A DNA stretch of 63,779 bases, filler included, from Deltaproteobacteria bacterium (GTDB taxonomy: Bacteria; JAUYMQ01): the NCBI GenBank assembly GCA_030698575.1. It is 9 parts of 9 records of this genome, joined end to end, with 100 filler letters (N's around TTAATTAATTAA, not from the genome) between each part and the next. Parts side by side here need not be neighbours in the genome. Positions count along the whole stretch, not along the records: positions 36,452 to 57,113 come from JAUYMQ010000181.1; 8 more parts are not named here. One strand, given 5' to 3'. Shown one piece after another: positions 39,333 to 50,800 of the stretch. The stretch's first letter is position 1. Each line of letters opens with the position of its first letter. The translations under genes and the position numbers were made by a program. Below the pieces are notes generated by a model, which was given only the letters and a program-made list of their open reading frames with translations, did no database searches and was not told the DNA's origin.

Positions 39333-39614
39333 TTACTTCTTCTTGCGTCCTTTCCCGGACTTCGCGGCCCTTGCCTTCGCCCAGCGCTTGCGCTGCGCGG
39401 CCGCGATCCTCGCCCTGCCCGCGGCGCTGAGGCGCCGCTTGCCGCCGCGCTTCTTGGCGCCGCCGCGAGCGCCCTTCTTTCCTATGCCGGTCGTCGCCTG
39501 GAGAATCCTCTCGATGCGCTCCATCTGAGCAGCGATCTGCTTCGCTTCCTTCTGCAGTTCCTTCTTCGCCTTGCTGAGCGCCGCGCTCAGGCTCTTGCCG
39601 ATGCTCGTGGCCAT
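39333..39614 (-). CDS. Small highly basic, putative nucleoid-associated protein (93 aa)
   Basis: GGAGGA RBS; coiled coil, then KKRGGKRRLSAAGRARIAAAQRKRWAKARAAK. Confidence 0.75.
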   Translation of the reverse strand: MATSIGKSLSAALSKAKKELQKEAKQIAAQMERIERILQATTGIGKKGARGGAKKRGGKRRLSAAGRARIAAAQRKRWAKARAAKSGKGRKKK

Positions 39615-39899
39615 GGGTCTTCCTCCCCGTAAGATTCGCCTGTAAGATTGTGCTTGCTGGATTCGGATCGCAAGGATTGTCTTGTAATGGTTGGCCTGTA
39701 GTGTACACGCCATCCGGGCAGTGGCAATGGGAGAGAAGCCTGGAATGATCAAATTCTTGGAAAAGTTAGTGACGAAGGCGGGATTTTACAAAGTATTTGT
39801 ACAAGTCGCCGTGCACTCAAACAGCCAGTTATCAGGAACTCACCGTGATCGCGAGTCGGATAGTGAACTCGCCCCGGATTCAGCCCCCAAGCGGCGCTC

Positions 39900-40859
39900 T
39901 TACCGGCCTAACTTCACGTCCAGCTCGCCTTTCAACTCCGGAGGCAGGGCAAAGGTGACGTCCTCTCGCACAAGCTCCATCTCGCGCACACCGGTTCCCC
40001 CCAGTTCGAACAGACGTTCGACGACCCTCGAGACGAGACTTTCCGGCGCGCTGGCGCCCGCCGTCAGCCCGACTCGCTTCGCGTCCGAGAGCCAGGCCGG
40101 ATCGATGTCCTCGGCCGACTCGACAAGGTAAGCGTCGACGCCCCGCGCCCGAGCCACCTCCACCAATCGGTTCGAGTTCGACGACTCCGGAGCACCGACG
40201 ACCAGGATCACGTCGGCTTCGAGCGCGATGGCCTTGACGGCGTTCTGCCGGTTGGTGGTGGCGTAGCAAATGTCATCCTTGCGCGGCCCCCGGATCTCCG
40301 GGAAGCGGCGTTTCAGCGCCTCGACTACGGCCTGGGTGTCGTCGACAGAGAGCGTCGTCTGGGTGAGATAGGCGGCCTTGCCGGCGCTCGGCAGATCGAG
40401 CGACGCAACCTCCTCGGGCGTCGAGACCAACCACATTCCTCCCGGCACCTCCCCCATGGTCCCCTCGACTTCCACGTGGCCGCGGTGGCCGATGAGAACG
40501 ATGGAGTACCCTTCCCGGGCGTAGCGAATCGCTTCGAGGTGAACCTTGGTGACGAGCGGGCAGGTGGCGTCGATGGCCCGGAGATTCCGCTCGCTGGCCT
40601 CGCGGCGCACGGCGGGAGAAACGCCGTGGGCGGAGAAGATGACGACGCTTCCGGAGGGAACGTTTTCGAGCTCGTCGACAAAACGCGCGCCGATCGCGCG
40701 CAGTCCTTCGACGACATGGCGGTTGTGCACTATCTCGTGGCGGACGTAAACGGGGGGGCCGAACACCTCGAGGGCCAGCTTGACGATCTCGATCGCCCGA
40801 TCGACGCCGGCGCAGAACCCGCGCGGTTTCGCGAGAAGAATCTCCATAGGACCGTTCAA
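39900..40859 (-). CDS. ispH: 4-hydroxy-3-methylbut-2-enyl diphosphate reductase
   Basis: PRGFCAGVDRA, EIVHN, FSAHG, DATCPLV, HVEVEG, DICYATTNRQ, SSNS, TAGASAP. Confidence 0.96.
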   Translation of the reverse strand: MNGPMEILLAKPRGFCAGVDRAIEIVKLALEVFGPPVYVRHEIVHNRHVVEGLRAIGARFVDELENVPSGSVVIFSAHGVSPAVRREASERNLRAIDATCPLVTKVHLEAIRYAREGYSIVLIGHRGHVEVEGTMGEVPGGMWLVSTPEEVASLDLPSAGKAAYLTQTTLSVDDTQAVVEALKRRFPEIRGPRKDDICYATTNRQNAVKAIALEADVILVVGAPESSNSNRLVEVARARGVDAYLVESAEDIDPAWLSDAKRVGLTAGASAPESLVSRVVERLFELGGTGVREMELVREDVTFALPPELKGELDVKLGR

Positions 40860-40892
40860 GTTAGCGTCGGGGTGATCGGGCCGCCAGGGCTA

Positions 40893-41990
40893 TCAAAAGA
40901 CGATGACGCCCCGCGCATTGACTCCGGATTGCATGTCCGAGAAGGCCTCGTTGATCTCCCCGATCTTGTAGGTCCTGGTCACAAGTTCGTCGAGCAGCAG
41001 CTTTCCCGCGCGGTAGAGCGCGAGCAGGTTTGGAATGTCGCGATGGGGATTGGCGCCACCGTACCACGACCCGACAATGCTCTTCTCGAGAAGGGGAATA
41101 AGAAAGGCATTCAGGTTGACCGAGGCACCGAACGGACCCACGCCAACCACGACGCAGGTGCCGCCCTTCCGGCAAGCGGCATAGGCCTGCTCGATCACCT
41201 CGGGGATCCCGATGGCTTCGAAGGCAAAATCGGAGCCGCGCCCGTCCGTGATCTCCTTGATGGCCGTAACCGCATCGTCCTTGGAGGAATCAATGGTGTG
41301 GGTGGCGCCGAAGGTCTTTGCGAGCGCGAGCTTCTTCGGCTGAACGTCGACCGCAATTATCTTTTCCGCGCCGGCGATAGCGGCGCCCTGGATGACGTTC
41401 AGGCCCACGCCCCCCGCGCCGAACACCGCGACAGAGCTTCCCGGCGGCACCTTCGCCGTGTTGAACACCGCGCCCACGCCGGTCATGACGGCGCACCCGA
41501 GAAGGGCGGCTTTGTCCAGGGGCGCGTCGTCCGGCACCTTCACCGCCGAGCTCGCGTGGGCGATGACCGTTTCCGCCATCGTCGCGATGCCCGAGAAGGA
41601 GAACAGATCCTTTCCGTCCTTGTGAAGGCGGCTGGTGCCGTCCGGAAGCATGCTCATCCGGTTGACCTTCTCCCCGAGCTCGCAGAGGTTCTGCTTTCCG
41701 ATGCGGCAGAAGTAGCAGGTCCCGCAGGTGGCCACCCAGGAGAAGACCACGCGATCTCCGGGCTTCACGTGCGTCACGCCTTCGCCCACCTCCTCCACGA
41801 CACCCGCGCCCTCATGGCCCAGCACGCAGGGGAGCATGAGCGGCATCACCCCCGTGACCACCGAGAGATCGGAATGGCACACCCCCGAGGCCGCCATGCG
41901 GACACACACTTCGTCGCGGCCGGGCGCATCGTGCTCGATCTCTTCCACGACGACCGGCTTGTCTCGCTCGTAGCAGATAACCGCCTTCAT
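40893..41990 (-). CDS. Zn-dependent alcohol dehydrogenase (class III-like)
   Basis: GVCHSD, GHEGAG, CGTCYFC...C, GCAVMTG, GAGGVG. Confidence 0.92.
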   Translation of the reverse strand: MKAVICYERDKPVVVEEIEHDAPGRDEVCVRMAASGVCHSDLSVVTGVMPLMLPCVLGHEGAGVVEEVGEGVTHVKPGDRVVFSWVATCGTCYFCRIGKQNLCELGEKVNRMSMLPDGTSRLHKDGKDLFSFSGIATMAETVIAHASSAVKVPDDAPLDKAALLGCAVMTGVGAVFNTAKVPPGSSVAVFGAGGVGLNVIQGAAIAGAEKIIAVDVQPKKLALAKTFGATHTIDSSKDDAVTAIKEITDGRGSDFAFEAIGIPEVIEQAYAACRKGGTCVVVGVGPFGASVNLNAFLIPLLEKSIVGSWYGGANPHRDIPNLLALYRAGKLLLDELVTRTYKIGEINEAFSDMQSGVNARGVIVF

Positions 41991-42116
41991 CCCGAAGATC
42001 CTCCTGATGCGTTGGCTCGAAAATGGGCGCGAAAGATCGCCTCGATGGACATGGGCGCGAAAAGCATCATCCCCCGCACCTGCCAGAAAAGCAACCGAAG
42101 GCGCATGCAGCGACGC

Positions 42117-43913
42117 TCAACGGGCCGCGGGGCTGCCGTTGCGCGGGGGAGGAAGCGCATCGGTGCCCCGAAGCGCGCGCAGCCTGTCCCGCTCTCGCCT
42201 GAGTTCACCGTCGAAAGGCGCCTCCCGCAGCATCTCTTCCAGCATGCGCGAGGCCTCGGCCTCCCTGCCCTGTCTGGCGCGCAGCCGCGCGAGCGCGAGC
42301 TTCAGGCTCCTGCGCTCGGGCGCCCATTCCGCCGCCGCTTCCAGCGCGCTCTCGGCGGTTTCGAGGTCGCCCGCCTCGATCGCCATCCCGCCGCGCACCT
42401 CGAGTCCCAGCGCGCTGTCCGGATGCGCGGCGAGCCCTTCTGCCACGAGCGCTTCCGCCTCCTCGAACCGCCCCTCCTCGATCAACGTGATGGACACGTT
42501 GAAGAGCGGCCATTCATAGACCTCGGGATAGCGCCCCCGCTTCGTCACGAGCACGGCAAGCAGGATCAATATCAGAGCGGCGGCGAGCTTGACGAAGGCG
42601 CGCCGGCGGACCAGATGGACGAGTCCCCCAAGGCCGACCCCCGCGAACACCGCAAACAGCGGCAGCGCGACAATGCGGTAACGACCGAGGATGAAGAAGA
42701 CGATCACCGAGCCGGCATGCCCCAGAAACAGGAGCAGCTCCGCCGAGCGGGCGCGCCAGAGCGGGATCGACAGCACCAGCCCGAGAACGCTCAGCGCCGC
42801 GATCGGACCCATCCCCGGCAGGGGAAGCCGGAGCGGCGCGAAGCGGGGACGGAAGAAGAGGTAGGGGTGTGTGTCGGGCTGCTCGAACTCCGAGAAGTAG
42901 AGCAGCCCTTTTCTCACGAGATTCTTGAAGGCTGCGGCGGGCGAGTCGCGCCAGTAGGTGAGCCCCTCCCCCAGCCAGAAGGCGGAAGTCGACGAGCGGC
43001 TCATCAGCCGCCCCGTCCGGCGCTCCGCTTCGGCCCTCCAGTCCATCTCCTCGAATCGCAGATCATCACGCAGCCAGGGCTGCGGCATGAAAGTGCCCGT
43101 CTGGTTCTCCGGGTTGTTCCCGATGAAGAAGTTCGGCCCCGACTGGCCGGGGGTGATGGTCCAGTCTCCGAAGACGGCCCGGTTGCGAAGCGCCGTGGCG
43201 CCGAAGACCAGCATGATGCCGGCGAGGAGAAGCGCTATTGCGGCCCCCGCGCGCACTCCGCGCGGCCGGGCGAGAAGCGGAACTGCCAGCGCCAGCGGCA
43301 GGACGAGAAGAACGTTCCCGCGGAGGAGAACGGCCGCGGCCAGCGCGGCGCCCGCGCCGGCCACGCGGCCCTTGCGCCCCTCGGCAACGCCTGACGCCAG
43401 CAGCCATGCGCCCAGCGTGAACAGGAACATGCAGAGCGGCGATTTCTCGAGAAGGCCATCGTAGAAAACAGCCACGGGAGAGAGCGCCACGAGCGCGGCC
43501 GCCGCCACGCCCGCCACGGGACCCGCCATGCGGCGGGCCAGCGCCCAGGCCAGAAGCGCGGAGAGCAGCCCCAGGATCGATTGCGCCACCAGCGGCGCCG
43601 CGGGCGACATGACGGTGAGCTTCATCACGCCGGCCACAAAGAGCGCGTAGAGCGGATCCTGAAACGAAACGCGGATCCCCCAGGGACTTCCCGCGAGTAT
43701 CTCCTGGGCGGCGCGGTAATAGACGTGGCCGTCCCCACCCAGGATGAGCTCGCGCCAGTAGGGCCAGCCAAGGAGCGCCTGGAAGTAGGCCGTTCGTAGC
43801 GCAGCGCCCGCGAGTAGTACGAGCCCGAGCGCCAACATCTCGCCGCCGCGCGCCCGCTGCACGGCAGGAATCGCGACCGCCGCGGGGCGGCGCGCCTTAG
43901 CGGGCGTGCTCAT
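42117..43913 (-). CDS. GT-C (ArnT/PMT-like) membrane glycosyltransferase with C-terminal TPRs
   Basis: DGHVY, QDPLY, LRGN, LRN, NFFIGNNP, GRYRI; many TMs. Confidence 0.8.
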   Translation of the reverse strand: MSTPAKARRPAAVAIPAVQRARGGEMLALGLVLLAGAALRTAYFQALLGWPYWRELILGGDGHVYYRAAQEILAGSPWGIRVSFQDPLYALFVAGVMKLTVMSPAAPLVAQSILGLLSALLAWALARRMAGPVAGVAAAALVALSPVAVFYDGLLEKSPLCMFLFTLGAWLLASGVAEGRKGRVAGAGAALAAAVLLRGNVLLVLPLALAVPLLARPRGVRAGAAIALLLAGIMLVFGATALRNRAVFGDWTITPGQSGPNFFIGNNPENQTGTFMPQPWLRDDLRFEEMDWRAEAERRTGRLMSRSSTSAFWLGEGLTYWRDSPAAAFKNLVRKGLLYFSEFEQPDTHPYLFFRPRFAPLRLPLPGMGPIAALSVLGLVLSIPLWRARSAELLLFLGHAGSVIVFFILGRYRIVALPLFAVFAGVGLGGLVHLVRRRAFVKLAAALILILLAVLVTKRGRYPEVYEWPLFNVSITLIEEGRFEEAEALVAEGLAAHPDSALGLEVRGGMAIEAGDLETAESALEAAAEWAPERRSLKLALARLRARQGREAEASRMLEEMLREAPFDGELRRERDRLRALRGTDALPPPRNGSPAAR

Positions 43914-44538
43914 CGAGATAAGCCTGCACCGAATACCAGATTCGCGCCTCCACTTCGGCGGGTGTACCGGAGGCGTCCAGGCGCCGGATGGCGGGGTCGT
44001 CGAAGCTGTCGAAAAGCGCGGCCACGCGGGTCAGATATTCCGTTGACTCATAAGAAGCCTCTACCCCCTCCGGGCGCCCGCGCGCGATGCGTTCGAGACT
44101 CGTGGCGGGATCGATGCGCAGCAGAAGGACAAGATCGGGACGCGGGAAGAGCGCCTCGTTCATCTCGCGGATCCGGACCGGATCGAGGCCGAGGGCGCCC
44201 TGGTAAGCCATCGTCGAAAAATAGTATCTGTCGGTGACAACAATTTTCCCCGCGTTCAGCGCGGGACGGATGGTGCGCTCCACGTCTTCCATCCGATCGC
44301 GGAGAAACCAGTCCAGTTCGTCCTCCGGCGGAACATCCCGTCGCCCCTGCCTGGCCAGCCGCCGGATGCGCTTGCCCCACTCGCCCTCGGTGGGCTCGCG
44401 GGTCGACGCTACCGGCCAGCCCGCGGCCTCGAGGCCCGCCGCCAGGTTACGCGCCTGGGTGCTCTTCCCCGTGCCGTCGATGCCCTCGAGGGCCACGAGG
44501 ACGCCCTTCTCGAGCCTCCCCGGCTTCGCGACGCCCAT
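43897..44538 (-). CDS. tmk: Thymidylate kinase
   Basis: LEGIDGTGKSTQ, TREP, TDRYYFSTMAYQG, PDL. Confidence 0.94.
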   Translation of the reverse strand: MGVAKPGRLEKGVLVALEGIDGTGKSTQARNLAAGLEAAGWPVASTREPTEGEWGKRIRRLARQGRRDVPPEDELDWFLRDRMEDVERTIRPALNAGKIVVTDRYYFSTMAYQGALGLDPVRIREMNEALFPRPDLVLLLRIDPATSLERIARGRPEGVEASYESTEYLTRVAALFDSFDDPAIRRLDASGTPAEVEARIWYSVQAYLDEHAR

Positions 44539-44679
44539 GCCTCTTACCGCCTCTGCGTGTAGTCGCATCCTGAGCGGCGCGATCTCTGGGGATAGGAGCG
44601 CCGCCGGAGCGGCGAACAGTCTAGCACGGGGGACCGGGAGCGACGGAACGGGCCCGCGCGCACGGGCGTTGCGGGCGCG

Positions 44680-44708
44680 TTGACAAAGGAAGGGCTGATT
44701 CCTATACT
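44680..44708 (+). promoter_or_regulatory. Near-consensus sigma70 promoter
   Basis: TTGACA (44680-44685), 17 bp spacer, TATACT (44703-44708). Confidence 0.85.
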
Positions 44709-44760
44709 CCGGCGGCCTCGGATGCCCGAGAGCACCCACCAGGACCCCAGGAGAATCTCA

Positions 44761-44856
44761 TTGGGAAGCGTAGTTAAGAAGCGGCGGAAGAAGATTCGCA
44801 AGCACAAGCAGAAGAAGCTCCGCCGGAAGATGCGCCACCAGCGCCGCAAGCGCTAG
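44761..44856 (+). CDS. bS22/mS38 (AURKAIP1/COX24-type) small ribosomal protein, 31 aa
   Basis: AGGAGA RBS, TTG start, MGSVVKKRRKKIRKHKQKKLRRKMRHQRRKR-TAG; resembles actinobacterial bS22 (MGSVIKKRRK...). Confidence 0.85.
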   Translation: MGSVVKKRRKKIRKHKQKKLRRKMRHQRRKR

Positions 44857-47800
44857 GGCGCCGCCTCGACGGTATCCAGATATATCTCCTCCGAGATGAA
44901 CGCCAGAAGCCCCCGCGCTGCGCGGGAGGCCGCCAGCGCTGCGCTGATCGAATCGCGATCGGGATCGATCTCGGACAATCCCTGTTCGCGTGACGCGACG
45001 CCGAAGAGCGCTCCGCCGGGATCCCGGCCTGCGATGAGCGCCGCGCGATCGGCCGTCCGCGCGTGCGCGGCTGCCAGGCAGGCCAGCGCTTCATCATCAA
45101 GAGATTCCAGTTCAGCGAGGACCTTTCGCACCCGCCGACGGTTTTTCCAGGTGACCGCCGTCCCGGCCACGCCGGCGCCGGTCTCCCTCTTCATACCCTG
45201 CGGACCCCTATCGAGCCCCGCGGCCTTCCTGAGCGCCGCAAGCGCGACGCGTAGCGAAGGCGCGCCGCAACCGGCCGGCCCTTGCTCCAGCGCGATGCGG
45301 GCCGCCACACGGTGGCAGAGATATCTCCAGACAGACCCGGCCAGCCGGCTGATCTCTTCCTCGCGGGCGCCGATGGCGATGCGTTCTCCGCCAAGAACGA
45401 CGAGCGGCTCGCCCGGTGAGGGGAGTGCGAGGACAGGAAGCTCGAGAAGCCCCCATTGCCTCAGAACTTCGCCGAGCGTCTGCGCTCGTTCGCCGAGGGC
45501 GGCGGGGCCAGCCCCGGCCGGGGCATCCGGCAGAAGAAGGCTCCATCCGCCCTGGAGCGCCTCGATGAGGGGTGCGAGATCAAGGGGCGCATCGAGGGCT
45601 TCGCGAAACGGGCCGCGCTGCTGGAAGCGATCCCGCCACGGCAGGAAGTCTCGCTCCGCCGGCGCCTCTGAGGCCGGGCTCTCCCAGACCGGGCTGGTCT
45701 CTCCGCCAAGGAGGCGATGGATCGCAGCCACGTCGCGGCAGCCCCCCGTTCGCCGCTGGAACCAGTAGATTCCTCCCAGGCCGCGCCATGCGGAAGCGCG
45801 TAGCGGCTCCTGCTCAATCAGGCTCCGGTAGACCACCGCAGCCTCGCCGTAAGTATCGGCGCTCCCCGAGAGGATCTCCGCGAGCCGCTCCTTCAGCTTC
45901 GCGTTACCGGGCTCGAGCGCCATGAGCGCGCGCAGGCTTCGCGCAGCCCCCTCGGGCTCGTAGAGCCTGTCGGCGTAGACGTCAGCAAGCCGCGAGAGGA
46001 GCGGCAGGTGGGCCTCGCATGGCTCCACCCGCTCGAAGTAAGCCTCGATGAAGCCCGCCAGCCGCGGCCAGTTCTCCCGCGCCTCGCAGATGGCCACGGC
46101 CAGTTCCACGGCCGCCAGCCCGTCTCCAGGCAACTCGATTGAGCGGCGCAGGCAACCGAGAGCGTTCTGCTCTTCGCCGAATCCTTCCCACCACACGCGA
46201 CCAAGGTCGCTCTGGTCGCGGGCGTCCTCACGGAGGCCGGCGAGTGATTCGAGATAGGCGCCCGCCTCGCGCCATGAACTCGAAGCGAGCGCGTGATCTG
46301 CCAGGCGGCGGAGACTGTCAGTGTGATCGGGGTGGGCCGAGAGCGCTTCGCGAAGCCAACCGTAGGCGCGGGGCTTCTGGCCGTCGATGGCATCGAGGAT
46401 CTCGGCGCCGTGATAGAGAGCCTCGGCGCGCAGCTCATCGCTCGGCGCCGCCATGGCGGCTTCCCGCCAGGCGGTCGCGGCTTCCACGCCACGGCCGAGA
46501 GACGTCATCAACTCTGCCCGGAGCAGCCGGAGGTCGTACCGATCGGGCTCTGCGCCGAGGGCGCCCTCGGCTGCCACGAGCCCCGTTTCGGGCCGACCGA
46601 GCGCCTGCTCGGCCCTCGCGATGCCGTGGAGCGCAGCGGTTCGCTCATCGCTTGCGATCCCTTGCGCATTGGCCACCCGGGTGTGCGCATCCCTTGCGCT
46701 CGCCCACTCCCCGGCCTGCAGATAGAGACCGCCGAGCGCCTGCCATGCGTCGGTCAGCGCGGGCGCAAGCCTCACGGCCTTCGTGAGCGCGCGAACTGCT
46801 GCGTCGCTCTCGCCGAGCTGGCTATGCGAAAGGCCGAGCATCAGGGCAAGGCCGGCCGTCCGCCGACGCCCCCGCCCATCGCCGTCAAGCGCGAGCGCGC
46901 GGGAAAGATGGGCGCAGGCCGATTCATGATCGCCGCGCTGGTGTTTGATCTCGCCGAATCGCGCGAGTGCCTCGTTGCATCCGCTGTCGAGCGCAATCGC
47001 GCGCTCGTAGCAGGCCTCTGCCCGCTCCAGGTCGTGCAGCTTGTCCTGACAGATCACCCCGAGATCGGCCGCGAGCGCCGCCGCGCCACGGCCCACAGGC
47101 ATGCCGTTCAGGAGCCGCTCGAGGGATGCAGCCGCGCCCTCGAAGTCCCCCTCGCCCTCGTACAAGCGGCGGAGAGAGGCAAGGCCGGCCGCCATGCCCG
47201 GATTGATCGACACCGCATCTTCGAGAAACGCGATGGCGCGCGCCGGATCTCCGGCCTGCTCGCAGGCCCCGGCCATGCGCGCCAGCACCTCGCTCCGCGC
47301 GTTGGCGTCGGAAGTGATTTCAGCCAGGCGCCCCAGGGCGTTCAGATGGTCTTCGAGCCTCCCCAGGCGCGCGTGCAGGGCGGCGAGTTCATCGAGTACG
47401 GGTGCGGCGTCGGTGCCAGGCACGACGGCCCGCTCGTAGCTCTGGATTGCGTCCTCGGGTCGTCCGACGGGCCCCGCTTCAAGGCGCGCGCGCTCGAGAC
47501 AGATCTCCCCTTCGCGCGCTTGTGACGGATCGAGCGATAGCTCGCGCCCGAGAGAGCGATGGAGCGCCTCGTGGTCTTCGAGAGCCCGGTAGAGATCCTG
47601 CTGTTTCCGGAGAGCCCCGAGGTGATCGGGCACGAGGGCGAGCGCTCGCTCATACTCGGCGGCGGCGGCGGCCAATGCGCCGAGATGCTCCTCTTCGATC
47701 ACCGCGAGATCCAGAGAAAGCGAGAGCAGCCTCTCGTCGTCGACGGGGGTTTCGCGTTCGCAGCGGAGCATCGCGGCCAGGTCGTGCCAACGCGCGAGCC

Positions 47801-50800
47801 TTCGGTAGAGCGACTGAAGGCGGTGCATGCACTCCACCGCCGCCGGCTCGCGGCTGAGCCAGGCCTGGTAGGCCGCCACGGCCTCGTCGAACCGCCAGAG
47901 ACGCGCCTCCGCCAGTTCTCCGAGCGCCGCGTAGAGCGACGGCTTTTCGTCCTCGGCAGCAATCTCGATCATCTCCTCGAGGAGCCGGCGGGCTTCCTCG
48001 AAACGCCCTTCCCTTTCGAGCAGTTCCAGAAGCGCCGGCCGGGCGTTCGCGCCCTGCTCCGGCGTGGCGCCCTCATCCAGCAGCGCGTAAAGGTGCTCGA
48101 TGGCGCGCGGCCGCTCGGCGGGATGCGGCGCGAGGAGATCGGCCTGGCGCTGCCGCAACCGGACTCGCCGCGCCGGATCGGGCGTGCCCGCGATGAGCCG
48201 CTCGATCGCCGCCGCGCCGTCGCGCCAGCGCCCGAGTGCGGGCGCGCTTTCCGCCACCGCGTTGAGCGCGTCCGGGGTGTCGGGTTCGATGGCCAGGATG
48301 CGCATCCAGGCGCCCAGGGCGCGATGGGGGTCCTTGAGGCGCGTCTCGCAAAGGCGCGCGAGCACCCGCAGTCGCGCCGTGACGCCGGCGCCGCGGCCGG
48401 AGACCCGCGTTTCGATCAGATCGGTCAGCGACCGCCATTCACTCCGCGCTTCCAGCAACCGCTCGAGGCGATCCTTCGCGTCGCCCGAGCCGGGATCTGC
48501 TTCGATCCACATCTTGCAGTACTCCGCCGCGCGGCCCGTCCGGCCCAGCGATTCCTCCCAGAGACGGGCCAGCGTCGAGAGGACGAACGTGAGTTCATCC
48601 CGCGGCGGCGGGAGCTCCAGGTAGATCTCCAGCGCCTCCACCGCGCCCGCCCCGTCCCCTTTCAGGAGCGAAAGATCCGCAATTGCGCGCAGCAATTCAG
48701 CCTCAGGCGCGCCGAGATCGAGCGCCCGCCGGTAGTGCGCCAGTGCTCGCGCGCTGCGCCCGGGCAGTTCCCTCAGCGCGCCGGCCGCTTGCAGACGCAG
48801 CGACCGTTCCTCGTCGAGCGAGGTAGCTAATAAGATTCGGCGCTCGCAGAGCGCGGCCAGATCTTCCTTCCGGCCCTGCAAATTAAGAATTCGAGCGAGC
48901 GCGGCATGCGCGGCGTGCCCGCCAGGGGCGCCGGCGCCGTCGTCGAGAGCCCGGCGATAGGCCTGCTCGGCAAGATCGATTCGATCGGTCGCCTCCCAGG
49001 CTGCGCCGGCGGCGGCCCGGAGATCGACGGCTTCCACGCCCGATCGGATGCGAGCGGCGCGATTCTCGAGGTGCGCCCCCAGAGCATCGTGGGCGCCCAT
49101 GCGCTCCAGCAAGTGCCGGCGCTCTTTGAAGCGCAGAGCGCCTTCGGGATCGAGGTCGCAGGCGCGGCCGTAGGCTTCGGCCGCTGCGGCGTTGTGCCCC
49201 CCGGAATCCGGCTCGGCCGAGAGATAATCGCCATAGCGCGCCCATATGCCGGCGGCTTCGCGGCACCCCATCGGATCAGAGGGTTCGCCGACATCCTTCA
49301 ACAGGTCCGGGTAGAGATCCGCGAGCGAGCGTCGATCGCCGAGCCGCGTCCAGAGCGCCTCGAGCTTCAACGCGACACGGCAGCGGGATGCGACCCCTTC
49401 CGAAGCCGCCAGCGCCTGACGGTAGGCGTCTGCCGCTTCGGCCGACTCCTTCAGATGATCAGCCAGCAGATCCCCCAGACGCTCGCAGTCAGCGGCGCGC
49501 CGTCCGCCCTCCTCGGGGACCGGCAGCACCTCGATCCGCTCGCGCAGGATTCGCGCCAGGGTGCGGTGGCGGTGATGGGTTACTGCGAGGCGCTCAAGCA
49601 GGTCGCGGGCATCCTCATTCGAGGGATCGAGCTCGAGTGCGCGCTCCAGCTCGCCCATTGCGTCGTGATCACGGCCGAACTTCGTGTGGAGAATGACGGC
49701 GGCGCGGTAAGTGGCCGCCGCCCGCAGGTGCTGCCCGGATTCCTCCCTTGCAAGCGTTTCGAGGACGCCCAGCAGTTCCTCCCACCTTCGCTCGTCTTCA
49801 CATAGCCGCGCCATCGCCCTGAGCGACGGAAGCGAAGCCGGATCGATCTGGCGGGCCTGGCGGTAAAGGATCAACGCCTGGTCAGGCCGGTGAAAACGCT
49901 CTTCCCAGAGGGTGGCGAGCTGGAGCGTGACGTCCATCTGCGCTTCCGTTCCCTCGGCGAGGGAAAGGCGGCGCGAGAGGGCATCGAGCAGCTCATTGTA
50001 GCGCCCGGCTGCCTCGAGGCGCGTTCCCATGACAGCCAGGACGTCGTCACTCTCGGCGCCGAGATCCACTATCTGCTTGCAGACGTCGATCGTGCGAGCA
50101 TGGCCGGCGGCTTCCGCGCCTTCACTGGCCAGCGCAACGCGGAAGGCCTCGCGGGCAAGGGCGATTCTCTGTTCGGGCTCCTCGGCGACAGCGAGCGACG
50201 ATTCGATGAGACCAGACAGCCCCTCGAGATCGCCGCGCGCCTCCAGGCGCCGGAACAGGCGCGCCTGGGCTTCGGTATGCTCGGGCACTGCTGCGATTAC
50301 CTCGCGAAGCGTCGACTCCGCCCCGGCCGCCTCATCGAGGGCGGTTTCCTGAATGTGCGCAATTTCGACCAGGGCATCTCCCCAGGTGTACGGAGCGACC
50401 TCGCGCTGCCGATCGGCCTCCTCACGCAGGAGCCCGACGAGTTCATCCCATGCCTCGCTTTTGGCCAGCGCGCGGTGCAACTGCTGTTGCACGGCTGGAT
50501 CCCCGGGACGGGCAACTGCGACGGCGCGGTAGTGAGTGAGCGCCCTGGCGCCCTGTCCGAGTCTTTCCTCCAGGATTTCCCCGAGCGAGAGGTGGAGTGC
50601 CAGCGCGCGCCGGGGTTCCGGCGAGCACGCGAGCTCGTCCTCGACGAGCCTCGCGACCTCCGCCCAGCGCCCGGCCCTTTCATAGTGATCACGGAGTCGC
50701 TCCCGGGCCATGTCGTTCCCTGGCGAGGCAGCGAGCGCTTCCTCCCACAGCGAGACGGCACGGTCGGCATTGTCCAGCGGCCCTTCCCAGAGGGCGGCTC

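Noticed and set aside
40476-43394. 972-aa plus-strand ORF and other long antisense ORFs (13027-14709, 37613-39295, 54740-56749)
   Set aside because: Shadows of real genes on the opposite strand in GC-rich DNA; no recognisable motifs
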